Positions 1 through 12,619 of a stretch of 64,000 bases of DNA are shown in pieces; position 1 is the first letter of the stretch; every line of letters begins with the position of its first letter. The DNA is taken from assembly GCF_030144855.1 (NCBI RefSeq), contig NC_082721.1:43834001-43898000 (forward strand), read 5' to 3'. Source of the stretch: Hypanus sabinus. Lineage: Eukaryota. The position numbers and the translations under genes were made by a program. The notes beneath the pieces were generated by a model. It had not been told where the DNA came from. It saw only the letters and a list, made by a program, of their open reading frames with translations, and did not search any database.

Positions 1-1399
1 CTAGATCCATATTTGAAAGTACATTTAATTTCAAAGTATGTATATGTTACCACATAAAGTTCAAAGTTCACTTATTAGTAAAATATGTACACAAAACTAA
101 GACTACCTTAACTTCATTTCCTTGCAGGTGTTCATTGGGAAAAAAAAACAAATACAGGAGAGTTTATGAAAATTACTTAAACAAAAACGTACAAACAACA
201 GTTGCACAAAGGAGGATAAGCAATGAAAATGTAAATAAAATTGAGAATATGAGTTTTTAAGCGTCCTTGAAAGTGAGTTTTTAAATCAGTGAATCAGTAG
301 GGTTCTTGAGAATGGTGGTGTTGGATTTCTACTTCCTGCCTGATGGTAGTCATCAAAAAAAAAAGGCAGAACTTGAACGGTCCACATCTTTGATGATGAA
401 TACTGCTATTGGTGGCAGACTTCCAAGTAAATGTACACCACGTTCTCTAGTTTTCTCAGAAACAGAAACTTTGCCACATGATAAACCAATAAGCATTGTA
501 CGCCACATACTGTTGACACTGAAATGTGATAATGGAGTTGATGCACAAATTTATGGCTGTCTGGCTCATTTTCCAGTGCTCCCCAAATAAACCAATAAAT
601 AGTAACGATATTATCTGTAACTTCAGATGTATACATCCATTACATAACTCTCTTCACATTGCTTCTCCATTTTATTGCACTCACCTACAACTAATCACAA
701 CCTGAACTCAACTTGAACACAGTATATAGCAAACAAATAAAAAGCTTTCCACTTCATACCTATAACCTTAGAATGTCTCTGTAACCTGGATAAAACCGTT
801 AAAGCACTCTGGTGACTTGCATACTTCCAGGACGGCACCAGGTGATGCCAACTCAGGGACACCAATGTTGCAATGGATGCTGGGCGAAAATTGATACCTC
901 CCTGGCTCATGAACAGAGAGACTTGCCATACAAAATAACAACCACGGAAGGAGCAATTTAAACTTAATAGTAAAGCGAACCATTTGTAGTCACTGGAAAC
1001 TTGATAGATGAAATAAAACGAAAGTGATGTTAATACTCAGGAATTTATTTCATATCAGTGTAATCAGAAAGAGTTAGCTTTTTTTTAATGATCCCTGAAG
1101 GGAAAAGGAATAAAAATGTCTGAAAATGGTGAAAGAATACTCTCCAGCATTTTCAGTTTTTATTACAAATTTCCTGCATCTGCATCACGTGAATTTTAAA
1201 CTGGTGGGTGCAGTGGGTGAGGTGTGAAATGGTGACGAAAACAGAGATGAACGGTGAATCACTTCCTGTACAAATGTTCCATCTGCACGCTCAGGTGGGG
1301 TGAAATGTGTCAGTAATTGTTCTGAGAAATCTTCCTTACATTTGCCATGTCCTTCCTGATAGTTCCCCATTTACCCAAGGAACATTCTGGTCCAATCCA

Positions 1400-3130
1400 T
1401 TTGTCTGGATTAACTCCAAGCACTCCTGAAGCTAAGGCTCCAATTCAGTAAGTTGCACCAGCGGATTCCACATATACCAAGCAGTGGAAGATGAATGCTG
1501 GTCAGGTAGTGAGGCACCTCCTTAAACCACTGCAGTCCTTTTCGAGTACGAGAAGATGTGTCTGAGTAAAAAATTCCTCGATTTTGACCAGGCAAAGAAA
1601 TACTTTCAACTCAAGTGCTCATCTTTCTATGCACCTTTTGCCCGGTTTCAGCTTTAATCACTGCCGGTTCTTCACAATTCCCTCCAACCTTCTCCTCTCT
1701 GAAGCAGAACTTTCTGTCCTCAGTAAGGGCCTTGCCTCAGTATCCCTGCACCCGCACATCAGTGAGTTCCACACCTCCACGATATCGAGCTTTTCTTCCA
1801 TCGCCATCGCCTCGGCCTCCGTGTCTTCTTGTTTGACAGCCCGCACTAATCACACCCTTCTTCCAACTCCAACACACATCTTCTTCCTGAACACCCCACT
1901 CTGGTCTTCCACCTGCTCTGGATCCTGTTATTACTAACTGCTGATTGGACATTAACCAATTTGTATTTAACACTCCTCTGCCCAATTCTCACCTCACTCC
2001 CTTTCAATGCACGGCTCTCCATTCTCTCCACACAAATCCCAACATCATCACACTGGTAGATAAATGGTGGGAGGGCAGTGCTGTAGAGGTCTGGCCAACT
2101 GATCACTACACCCCACCCCCCTTAGTTCAGTCACCACTCTCAGACACTTCCTTTTACTTATCCTTCAAACTGGACCACGCTACAGAGCACCAGGCCATTG
2201 TCTCCCACACCGTCCTTATTTACTCCAGGGATCACCCATCCACTGCCACCATTCTCATAATTGCCTTACCCCGCACCTACAGTTTGTAACTTTTTCCTGA
2301 GTTCCATAAATCTGACTCTCGAGGTAGACCCATTGTTTCTGCCTACTCATGCTCACTGAACTTGTGTTTACATCTCGCAACTCTCTTTTCTGCCCCGTAG
2401 TTCAGTGCATATATACCTACATTACTGGAACATCACATGCTCTTGATCTTCGCAATGACATTAAGCTCTATGGCTCTGAGTACACTGTCTACCCACCTCC
2501 ACAGCAGGGATGCAGTTCCTCTTATCTGTGCCCTCCAAACCTCCATGTCCAGCACATAATTCACCGTAAATTACACCATATCCAGTGTGATTAAACCACT
2601 GAGCAGATGTTTCCCTTCGCATGCACCCCCACTCAACTTTCCACTTTCCACAGAAATTGCTCCCTGCATGACTCCTTTATCTACTCATTTTATCACTACT
2701 GATCTCCCTCCTGGAACTTACTCTTGCAAGTGGAACAAGTGGAACACCTGCCCCTACACATCACCCCTCACGGCCTTTCAAGGCCCCAAACAATCTATAA
2801 TGGTGAGGTAACACTTCATGTACAAGTTTTTTGTGGACTTCCACTGTATTCAGTGCTCCAAGTGTAGCCTCCTGCATGTCAGTGAGACCCGACGTAGATT
2901 GCGATACTGCTTCGCTAAGCACGTTTACACCGTCTGTGACAAAATGCTTGTTCTCCCAGTGGCCAGCCACTTCAAGTCTCCTTCCCATTCTCACCCTGTC
3001 AGTCCATGGCCTCTTCCACTGCCACAATGAGGCCATATTCAGGTTGTCAGAGCAACTCATCTAATCCAACTGATTAGCCTCCAATCTGAGAGAACAAACA
3101 TCAATTTCTATAACTTCTGCTAATTGCCCT
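1400..3130 (+). mobile_element. Decayed Penelope-like retroelement (RT and GIY-YIG endonuclease remnants)
   Basis: ORF 1584-1937 contains FTIPSNLLLSEAELSVLSKGL, typical of vertebrate PLE ORFs. ORF 2818-3030 contains HCIQCSKCSLLHVSETRRRLRYCFAKH...PVASHFKSPSHS, a decayed GIY-YIG motif. Many stops and frameshifts; ends approximate. Confidence 0.8.
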
Positions 3131-3619
3131 CTTCCTCATTTGCCCATTCCTACTTCTCGCTCTCAACATCTACTGACATGCCCCATCATCACCCTCTAGT
3201 GCTCACCCCTTCTCGCTCTTCCATGATATTTTGTCCTCTCCCATCAGAATCAATGGTTCAATAGTTCCATTTAATATCAGAAAATATATACAACCTGAAA
3301 TTCTTACACTTCGCAGACATCCATGAAACAAAAGAAAATCTGCAAAGAATGTATGACAGGAAAACATTGGAACCCCACGCATACCTCCCACACACATGCA
3401 GCTGCAAAATCATTAACCCTTGCCCCACCGGCCTCAGCAAAAGCATCACCCTCCCACACCACCCGCCATGCAAAACATCACAAAGCCCCCAATGAGACCA
3501 TGATCCACTGTGCATCAAGAAACTATTGTTCATCCCAATGCATCAACATCCACAGGTTCTTCTCATGACAAAGAGAGAGAGGGAGCCCAATAGCTCGCTG
3601 TTTTTTTGTTACAGTCTGC

Positions 3620-3900
3620 ATGTCTCCTTCTCCAGCCCCATATCTCTTTGTCCAATCAACTTCCAGCTTTTTACCTTCTTCTCCTCTCCCGGATTCTCCT
3701 ATAACCTGTCAGCTTGAACTTCTTCCTCTGGTCCCCTATCTTTTTTTCTGACTTCTTCCATTGTCTTCTAGTTCCAATGAAGGGTCTCGGTCGAAAACAT
3801 TGACTATTTACTCTTCTTCATTGATGCTGCCTGAGTTGCTGAGTTCCTCCAACATTCTGTGTGTGTTGCTTTGGATTTCCAGCATCTGCAGATTTTCTTG
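3620..3900 (+). repeat. Penelope-associated terminal repeat with a decayed hammerhead-ribozyme motif
   Basis: 3769-3806 tagttccaatgaagggtctcggtcgaaaacattgacta is followed by gatgctgcctgagttgctgagttcctccaacattctgtgtgtgttgct. Same repeat family as 47560-47815. Confidence 0.6.
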
Positions 3901-4943
3901 CGTCTGTCTGGCCTGACACAAAAATGGTGAGATACCTATCATACTGAGTACTGTCCCATCAGAATGAAACTGATTATCAGCACAAGCATGGAAGTGCTTG
4001 TCACCAACACCCATAAATAATGTATCGGTGCCTGGAGTGTTCTGTGTACAAATGTGGTCATGAGAAATGTGATAGAAGTATGGACTAATTACTGAGTTCT
4101 GGAGTCGAGGCAAGAGTGACAGGCATTAACCTTAAAGCAGAATTGGCCAAGCGGCATCGTGGATGGTTCTGAAAATTATGTTGATTTTAAGTAAACAATA
4201 ACTTTCCAAAGCTTGGTCTTGGAAACTCACTTGCTGCTCAGAAACGTGTTCTCTCTAGGTAGGAGCTTTGGCTCTTTGAAATGAAATGTTACAATGTTTG
4301 GATTATGTGATGGTAGTGAGTCAAATAGGGCGTGTTTTCGCTTTCCATCCTGTTTTCTATAATGCACTTCTCTGGGTACAGAACCTTGCTCATTCTCTAC
4401 TGTTTGTTCTACAGCATCTTCTCATTTTTATAGATATACTATTGGGTTCTGTATTCATAAATTGCATTGCAATTCCTTTCACGCATCAACATTGAGACTC
4501 CTATCTAACAATGGTTGTGTCCACAAATTACCTCATTTTTAAGAGGGGTAGGAATTCTATCAATAAGAATTACTTTGCTAGAATGGTCTAGATCAAGTTT
4601 TTCCAGCCGGGGTTCCATGAGAGGTCACTCAGGTTCTGTGAGAGATGGTAATAAATGAAAAATAAACCATCGTTTTTTGAACTGCCTGACGTGCAATGCT
4701 GGTGTTAAAGTTGAAATTGAATAAAACTCGGGAGACCACCTTCTTATAGTTACAACAGTTTATAGCGCACCCTCCTGCAGGAGTTTGAGGTCCAGTTTTC
4801 AAAGGGAAGGCACATAAGTACTGCCACCATCTGACATGTGGACCCACTCTCTCCAGTTACAGCTGTATATTAACACATAGTAAGCCCCATACATTACTGT
4901 TGCAATGTGTCCTTTGAAATGCTTTGCCCACCAAGTCTGTTGG

Positions 4944-5285
4944 TGTGAAACTTAGTTACAGATAAGAGAGTCTGCTAGATCAAGGCTTAGTTACAGATTG
5001 ATGTGCTGTCCAGTCCTTATGAGTTATTCCCTTTGCTAGGCCCTGACTTCCCTTTGCTAGGCCCTGACTTAATTACAGATGGAAGTTCATTCCTGCCCTT
5101 ATCGGTGAGTCCTCTTCTCCCTACTCAAGCGAGGGTACAATGTACAATGTTATCATACTCTCTATGTCTCTCTGCTAACCAGGGGAAAATCAGTATAAGC
5201 CGGTTTTAGCTAATTGCTGAAGAGTGCTTACTTCAGTTCAAAAACTCCTATTCAGTCCCAATTATTCTTTTAACTAGAGGTTACA
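4944..5285. mobile_element. Solo LTR (~340 bp)
   Basis: Starts TGTGAAAC and ends GAGGTTACA (TG...CA). Flanked by TTGG and TCGG, a 4-bp TSD differing by one CpG-type transition. Contains an internal tandem duplication. Confidence 0.6.
5027..5068. repeat. Perfect 2 x 21-bp tandem duplication
   Basis: ttccctttgctaggccctgac occurs at 5027-5047 and 5048-5068. Confidence 0.95.
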
Positions 5286-5689
5286 TCGGTTAAAAATGAT
5301 TTTTTATATATCCCCAATTCCTCACTAGCACTTATGGTGGTGAGCAGTGACCGAGCAGCCCTGTTTGCAATCTCATTAGAGGTTTCTCAGTCCAGTATGG
5401 CAGTACGCAGTAGGACCATGTTTATTTGGTTGACTCCATTCTCAGCTTTTCACTCAAGATAGGGGAGGCCGTTGATAATTGGTGAGCATTGTATTGCACG
5501 GAGGGAAGGACAGTAGGCCAATGAGCAGCGTGAAGTGCGTAGTCCGAGAATTGAATTGACTCGCCAATTTTTATAGCTTATTAACCAGTCTGACTTACAG
5601 ACATTTCTGACGGGCCAATTTGGTGATTTTTGTATTACAATCTTCTGAGTAATTTCATTGCAGTTGAGCAACAACCCACACAAAAAAGT

Positions 5690-6073
5690 CCAACTTTGCC
5701 ATAAAGCTCCTTATTAATGGGTTTTACATGGCTTGGTGAGCCAAGCTGTCATATTCCATTGTGCCTCATCTATGGCAAACAACTTATAAATTCAGCAATG
5801 GCTGCAGCCACATTGAAACGACACTTAACCATGAATCACAGCCTTATGACATGTAAAAGAGCTGGTTATTGGAATCTCAGAACAAAAACAATAAAACTTT
5901 TCTTAATAAATTCACAATCATTAAAAGGGTCAGGAAGCAAGTTATTTATTATCAGAACTTAATATCTGGAAAAGGAAAAGCCACACAGTTGCTGAGAACC
6001 TAATAATGTTAGCATGTAAAATTATCGTGGGTATAATGCTAGACCAGGTGCAGTAGGAGAAATTGAAAAGGTT
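5690..6073 (+). mobile_element. hAT (Charlie/Buster, ZBED5/FAM200-like) transposase remnant, 5' part
   Basis: MGFTWLGEPSCHIPLCLIYGKQLINSAMAAATLKRHL resembles the Buster N-terminal BED-like region. The DNA then reads ...LIMLACKIIVG...EIEKV and stops at 6073. Confidence 0.75.
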
Positions 6074-6074
6074 T

Positions 6075-6960
6075 CACGCTCAATGATGTTGGCTATTTCG
6101 ATAATTGCAAAGATCGGGAGGGAAGAAGAGTCCTCAGGAGCGACAGCACCATCGTTGTTGACTGTTGAATTGTGGATCTGCAGACTGGAGCAGTAGGGAC
6201 ACGAGAGCAGCTGGGATGCGGGTGCTTGGGTAATAGGATCCTTCCTGCGCCTCCTCTTATCTTCAACAGCCACACTTCTGGATTCTGCAATATTCTTGTC
6301 TGGACCAGCGCTCTCCAGCGGACACTATCACAAGTCAGCTGCTGTCACTCTTTGTCCTCGATATTTGCCGGAAGGAGCTGCTGCTTAAGTTGTTCATTGT
6401 ACCTCTTACGCGGGACACTATTATCACTCTGGCCCTAAGAGAGTTCTCCACAGAGTACTGATTTAGATAACCTGGAGTTGTCTTTGGGAGACACGTAGTC
6501 TGGCCACCGCAGCTACCTGAGCAACAAATGGACATTGAGCCTTCTCCAGGACCTCGTTGTTGGAGACAGGATCTTGCCAGCTGATACTTAGGATGGATTG
6601 CAGGCAGCCCTGATGGAAGCACTCGATCAACCAGATTTGCTCGTGATAAAAGACCCAGGTTTGGGAGCCGTATAGCAGTGTAGCAGCCCTGTACATATGG
6701 ATTTTTGTGGACAGCTGGAGCTGGTGGTTCCTCCACACACTTTCCTGGAGGTGTCCAAAGGCACTGGCAGCTCTGGCAATTCGATTGTTTTTGACCCTTC
6801 CTGCCATAGCGTCCTTGGAAATGTCGCTGCCCAGGTAGCTGAACTGCTCAACCGTGGAGGCAGGGTGGTTTTCAGTGTTGATCCCATATGTGCTGTAAAT
6901 ACCATGAGGGGGCTTCTGATGGAGGATCATTGTTTTCTTCAGACTGACTGTTCACCTGAA
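6075..6960 (-). mobile_element. RTE-clade LINE, 3' fragment
   Basis: ORF 6463-6930: FSYLGSDIS...RIARAASAFGHLQESVW...STKIHMYRA...LLYGSQTW. The C-terminal region includes KRRRRK...SCPYC. Stops present. Confidence 0.85.
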
Positions 6961-7004
6961 AGCCATTGCAGCCTTAGCGAACTGAGGGACTACAGCCTGT
7001 AGCG

Positions 7005-8059
7005 TAGTGATCGCCAACCCATCGATCACGATCCACTGGTCGATCTTTGAGACTTTCCCGATAGATCACAAAAAAAAAGAAAAAAGAAATACATAAATAC
7101 AGTTGAGAGATTGTTTCAGGGTTACGGGGTTTTAGTTCTGTTCTTTCTGCCCAGTGCGCATGCGTGTAGCTCCTCTGCACTGCACAGTGCACTTCAATGG
7201 TCCACAAACACGGGGCTGCGAGGAAACGATATGAGTCAGCTGCCCCTTTCCTCATCCCCTGTCACGCCCACTGTTGAACTTGAAAACACGCGAGGTCATC
7301 AGTCACTTAAACGCAGTGGCCTCGGGTAACTGGCCGCCTCGCGCAGCCGGCGGAAAATGCCGTTGCTCTCGGCCTGGAGCGCAGACAGATGGGCACTGCA
7401 TCTAAACCTATTCACCACACCTAATGTTTGTGGGGAACCCCATGCTAAAATATTCACAGACGACCTAATTCGGGCTCAGGGTTTCGTAATTATCAGAGCA
7501 CCTACCTCGCTGCGGTCTACTGAAACAAAGTTTTGTTAGCCGATAGATCCTACAAGGGGGGCAGGCGTACATCCTGTCGCACTCCTCACTCGCTCAGTCG
7601 GTCACTCCGGTCTGCAACTGCCGCGGCCCCGGAAAGTGGACCTCCGGTCCTTACCTTCTCCTCTCACCCCACCCAAAGCAAGCCGCAGCTGGCCAACACC
7701 AAGGCATCTGGCAGTGGGCGGGCGGACGGACGGGAGGCAGGAGCTCGGGCCCGGAGACTGTCTAATGAGGCAATGAAGCCCTCAAACCTGCTTTGGCACC
7801 TTGAGCCCAAGCACCCTGATTTAAAGACAAACCCGTTGAGCTTTTTGCCAGCGGAAAAAAACGTGAGCAAGCGGGACAGCAGCTAAGTGCTGAGAGCCAT
7901 GAAAACTAAATTGCGGGATATACTGGACATAAGGAACTGCCTTCGAGTATCGCTGTATTCCCATCGTGTTTAACACCACCCTGCCCCCTGACGGCCGGTC
8001 CGCAAGAATATCGTCAATATTAAACCGGTTCGCGGTGCAAAAAAAGGTGGGTATCCCTG
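7005..8059 (+). mobile_element. Internally deleted hAT (SPIN/Charlie-like) element
   Basis: Left end tagtgatcgccaacccatcgatc and right end aaaaaggtgggtatccctg are imperfect TIRs. Transposase N-terminal remnant LSNEAMKPSNLLWHLEPKHPDLKTNPLSF lies at ~7760-7850. No clean TSD seen. Confidence 0.7.
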
Positions 8060-8461
8060 GTGTTTATACATTATTTCTACTTCCGGGTTGTGGGATTTTA
8101 CTTCCGGTCTTCTCTGCCCCAGTGAGCCTGCGTGTAACTCTTTGATCCGGTTTAGATCTTGCCTTTTACTGAGGCTGAGGTAGGGGATCTTGGTCTTAAA
8201 AATGTTGTTGACTACTACGTAGCATGTCCTTTGTGTGCATGAGAATAGCACTTTAATCTGCATGCAGTGGCATGGAAACATTTGGGCATCCCTGGTCAAT
8301 GTTTCTATTACTGTGAATAGCTGAGCAAATAAAAGATAAACAGATTTCCAAATGGCATGAAGATAAAAATGATACATCTCTTTAATATTTTTGGCAAGAA
8401 AACTTTTCTATTTCCATCTTTTACAGTTGCAAAGTAACAAAAAAGGAAAAGGGCCCGAAGT

Positions 8462-9197
8462 AAAAGTTTGGACACCCTGCATGGCAGTACTTAGTAACAC
8501 CCTTTTGGCAAGTATCACAGATTGGAAATGCTTTTTCTAGCCAGCTAAGCATTCTGTCATTCTTGTTTGGGGGACTTTAGCCCATTCTTCCTTGCAAAAG
8601 GCTTATTGGTCTGAGACTCTTGGGCCATCTTGCATGCACTGCTCTTTTGAGTTCTATCTACAGATTCTCAATGATGTTGGGACTGTGAGAGCCATGGTAA
8701 AACCTTCAACTTGCACCTCTTGAGGTAGTCCATTGTGGATTGTGAGGTGTGTTCAGGATCATTATCCTGTTTTAGAAACCAACCTCTTTTCATCTTCAGC
8801 TTTTTTTACACACAGAGTGATGTTTGCTTCCAGAATTTTCTGGAGTTTAATTGAATTCATTATTCCCTCTACCTGTAAATGGTCCCGATTGCGACTGGCT
8901 GCAACAGAAGCCAAAAGCATGATCTATCGAACCCTGTGCTTAACGGTTGGAGAGGGTTCTTTCAATGGAATTCTGCACCCTTTTTTCTCCAAACATACCT
9001 TTGCTCATTGCAGCCAAAAAGTTCTATTTTAACTTCATCAGTCCACAGGACTTGTTTCCAAAATGTATCAGGTTTGTTTACATGTTCCTTTGAACCTTTT
9101 GAATAGAACATTTTGCTTTTTGGAAATTAGTTAATCTTTTATTCACTTAGCTATTCACAGTAACTGAAAATTTTGACAAGGGGTGCCCAAACTTTTG
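8462..9197 (-). mobile_element. Deleted Tc1-like DNA transposon
   Basis: Inverted repeats aaaagtttggacaccc (from 8462) and gggtgcccaaactttt (9181-9196). The internal sequence resembles antisense Tc1 transposase DNA. Confidence 0.7.
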
Positions 9198-9254
9198 TAT
9201 AGTAACTTGAAAATGGGTTCCTGCATGTTTTTTTTTGTTCGGGCAAGAATGCCG

Positions 9255-10560
9255 CCACTCTCAAGCAGCATGATAATTCGACATATTGATTGCATGTCAC
9301 ATGATCCTGAAGAGGATTTGTGTGATAAACTGAAAAACAACAGCTTCTCTATCCAGGTTGATGAGCCAACAGATTTCACTAAAATATTATGTAATAATGA
9401 TTGTAAGATTTCCGATGATGGTGAAATTCAAGAAAATAATTGCTGTTGCAAACAGCTGCAAAGGACAAGATATATTTAAAGTTTTGTCTTCATATCTGGA
9501 AACAAATGTCCTGTCTTGGGGAAACTGTATTGGCGCCAGTACTGATGTTGCCCCATCAATGGCTCCCGCCTTGAGAGTTTCGTTTTTCTTGTCCATGAAC
9601 AAAAATAAATGCACTGATTTCGTCAGAAAGATGTACTGATGTCAAAAAGTTTTGAAGATGAAATGAAGTTCTGGATGATGTTCCAAAAGTGGTTAACTTT
9701 ATTAAGGAAAAATTGTTAGCTTTATTAACTCCAGAATGTTTAAAATACTGTGTGAAAACCGGGACAAAGAGCAGACCAATCTCGTGTTACATATAGAAAT
9801 CCGGTGGCTTAGAGGTATCAACAGGATGTTTGATCTGAACGGTGAACTGCAATGGTATTTTCAAGAAAATATTCAGCCAGATTTTGCTGAGTGCTTTAAA
9901 GAATTAGAATGGCCACAGAAACTAGCCTAATTATCAGATGTTTTTCGTCATATAAACCAGCTGAACAAGTCTCTGCACTGCCCTATTTAAAATGTTTGAC
10001 ATCAAGTGACAAGTTTCTTGGATTTCAAAGGGAAGTAAATCTTTGAAGATCAGGTTGCAAAAGGAAATCATGAAAAGGTTCCACTGCTACTTGGGCTTGA
10101 GCGTGAGGAAGGATCAGAAAGTCTCGAGTCTTATTGAAAACCACCTGGAAGAACTGCAGAGCAAAACTGAACAGAATTTTGCTTCTCTTTCAAAACAAGT
10201 GTGTGACTGGGTGCGAGGCCCTTCCTCTAAATCATCTGCTCAGCCTTGAGCTTGACGTTGAGAGAAGAGGAACTTTGTGAGATGCAGTCTGCGCAGTCCC
10301 GCCACTGAACAAGTTCTCGATTTCAGTGGAAGAACTGTATCCCGCAGCCATAGGGAAACAATGAACACTTTGCTGCGGTTCTCAACTTCTTATATGTATG
10401 AGCAAGCTTTTTCTTGTTTGTCAAGCATCAAGGACAAGGATTGAGATTGTCTCATTTCCATTCAAGGTGAAATCTATGTGTGCTTATCTCAAGTTCGACA
10501 CAGAATTGAGTATTTGTGTGCAGAATATAAGGACAGGTTTCACATGCTAGGCCTATATTT
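9255..10560 (+). mobile_element. hAT transposase remnant, 3' part (continues the 5690-6073 copy)
   Basis: PLSSSMIIRHIDCMSHD...NNSFSIQVDEPTDF, MFKILCENRDKEQTNLVLHIEIRWL, and a late YMYEQAFSCL motif from the hAT dimerisation region. Confidence 0.85.
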
Positions 10561-10964
10561 CAGCCTGATCTTGTCTTTTATGAGAAAATGTATTTTTCAA
10601 TAACTTGAATAAAACTGTCTTATGCTATATTTTCATTCTATTGTTTTAGCTTATGGTCTTTAGTAACTTTACTATTTAACATGATGTAAGCATCATTTAT
10701 TAAAATCAATTTAAAACCTTTTAATTTCAGAACCTTTCAATTAATTAAGCAATTTACACAATTAAAGCATTTGCAGAAAAGACACCCCCTGGCCTTCCTG
10801 GAAGTCAGTCTCTTGTCCTCTTGAATTTGTTAGTGTCTTTGGTCTGATGGTACAATAAGCATTCTTGGCCCATTCACGCCAGTGTCATCATTTCTCCGGA
10901 GCAAACTTGACAGCAAGCAGCTCTCGGTTTCCAATGTTGTAGTTCACTTCTGCAGGGATAGCCG

Positions 10965-11881
10965 CCTGGATCCAGGATCCAAGATGGCGGTGCGACGCAT
11001 CTTGCAGCGGCCACTCCAGAACTGATTATCTGTTATTTGTGAAGTGTGGTGCCGTGCGCAATCATAATTGAATGAAAACGGATGTGGAAGCACAGAGAAG
11101 CATCGGGAAATTCCAGGAAGACCTTCTTCGTTGCTGCTGCTGCTGCGAGGTCCGGGACTCAGCTGGGAAGAACAGGCACACAGTCCTTGGGGTCGCGTTG
11201 CCAATGGCTGGCGGGGCTGTCTTATTACGCTTGGCAGAGGATGGTGCTCAGAGAATCTGTGCCAGAGGGGATGGTCGTCGGCTCAGAGGTTCGACGGACT
11301 GTGGTCGCTTTCGGTGTGTGCTGCGTCTGCAAGGCTGGTTTCGACGGAGCTTCCATTGTGTGCTGCGTCAGCGAGGCTGAGTCGGGCAGTGCCATGGAAG
11401 TCCATAGCGGGGGTACTCCCTTCTGCTGCCGGCGTGGTATGGTGAGTCTTTCGGGACCCTGGGGACTTGTGGAAAATATGGTGATTTATTTTGTACTTAC
11501 AGTCTTTTAACATCTTGGACTATTTTTTATTGTCCCAATAGACTTTTGTTTTATCAATTATGCTATTGTTTGCACTGTTGTAACTATATGTTGTAATTAT
11601 GTGGCTTTGTGCAGGTCTTGTTGCTTTAGATTTTGGTCTTGTTTTTGTCTGGTGGATATGGAGCTCCTTTTTGGGGAACGCGCTAGACTGTAGCACAATA
11701 TTAATATTCAGCACTCTCTCCGGACTCTGGGTTGAGGATTGCCAAATGTTACTTGGATTTTCTGGTGTAGTCTGTTTTGTCATATGCTTTTGTGATATTA
11801 GTCTGGGGGAGCGTTGTCTCATTTTTAAACTGCATTGCATTTGTGGTTTCTAAATGACAATAAACTGAATCTGAATCTGAA
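10965..11881 (+). mobile_element. Non-autonomous non-LTR retroelement-like repeat
   Basis: GC-rich head with AAGATGGCG at ~10981. Ends aataaactgaatctgaatctga, a polyA-like signal plus a (CTGAAT)n tail. No coding similarity recognised. Confidence 0.5.
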
Positions 11882-12619
11882 AAGAACACACGTGGTTGCA
11901 GATTATTACCCGAAGGTGTCCTTGAGACAACATGCAGCCCCTCCAAGGTCGGAGACGGGGTAAATGGCCATGCTCCTCATGGCGTTCATAAATTCCTCCG
12001 AATCAGAGCAAATCTCCGACCTTGGCTCCCAGTGCACGGTGGCCCATGTCAGGGCTCTCCTGGTCAGGTGAGAGAGGTCACGAAGGCCACATTTCCACGC
12101 TCCGCATGGAACCAGGCCAGGTGGAATTTGAACACCAACATATATGGTGTAAGGAGCTGTGGCAAATTCCCGAGATACTGCGCAATATTCTCTGGGGTAG
12201 GAAGATGTACTGGCTCCACAGAGCAACCGACATCCTCACCTGAGCGATTCTGACTTCCTCTCTGCGATAGTTGGCACACGGTGACCTGGATGTCGTGTGT
12301 CACCAGGCGCGATCTTGTAATTTTCTCGCTGTTGCTGACCACAACTGATGAATGACTCTGCTACACCTCTGAGTCCATGTTGCATCAATCGCACTGTGAT
12401 GAGAGAATTTAAAGAGGAAGGGGGATTATCCGTGACTCTGATCGAGACACCATACAGGACTGAAACTAGAACTGAGAACTAAACTAGGCACTTGCATATA
12501 ATCCATGTTTGTCTATGCTTAAGCTCTGGACCTCAGTTCATGTGCTCTTTAAATATTAATTCCTGGTGCCAAAAGATGTCCGTTAATTTATGGGGTGACC
12601 TGAATCTTCAATGGCATTG

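Noticed and set aside
4231-4273. Possible 43-nt minus-strand micro-exon
   Set aside because: Splice-like signals only, with no recognisable peptide or partner exons.
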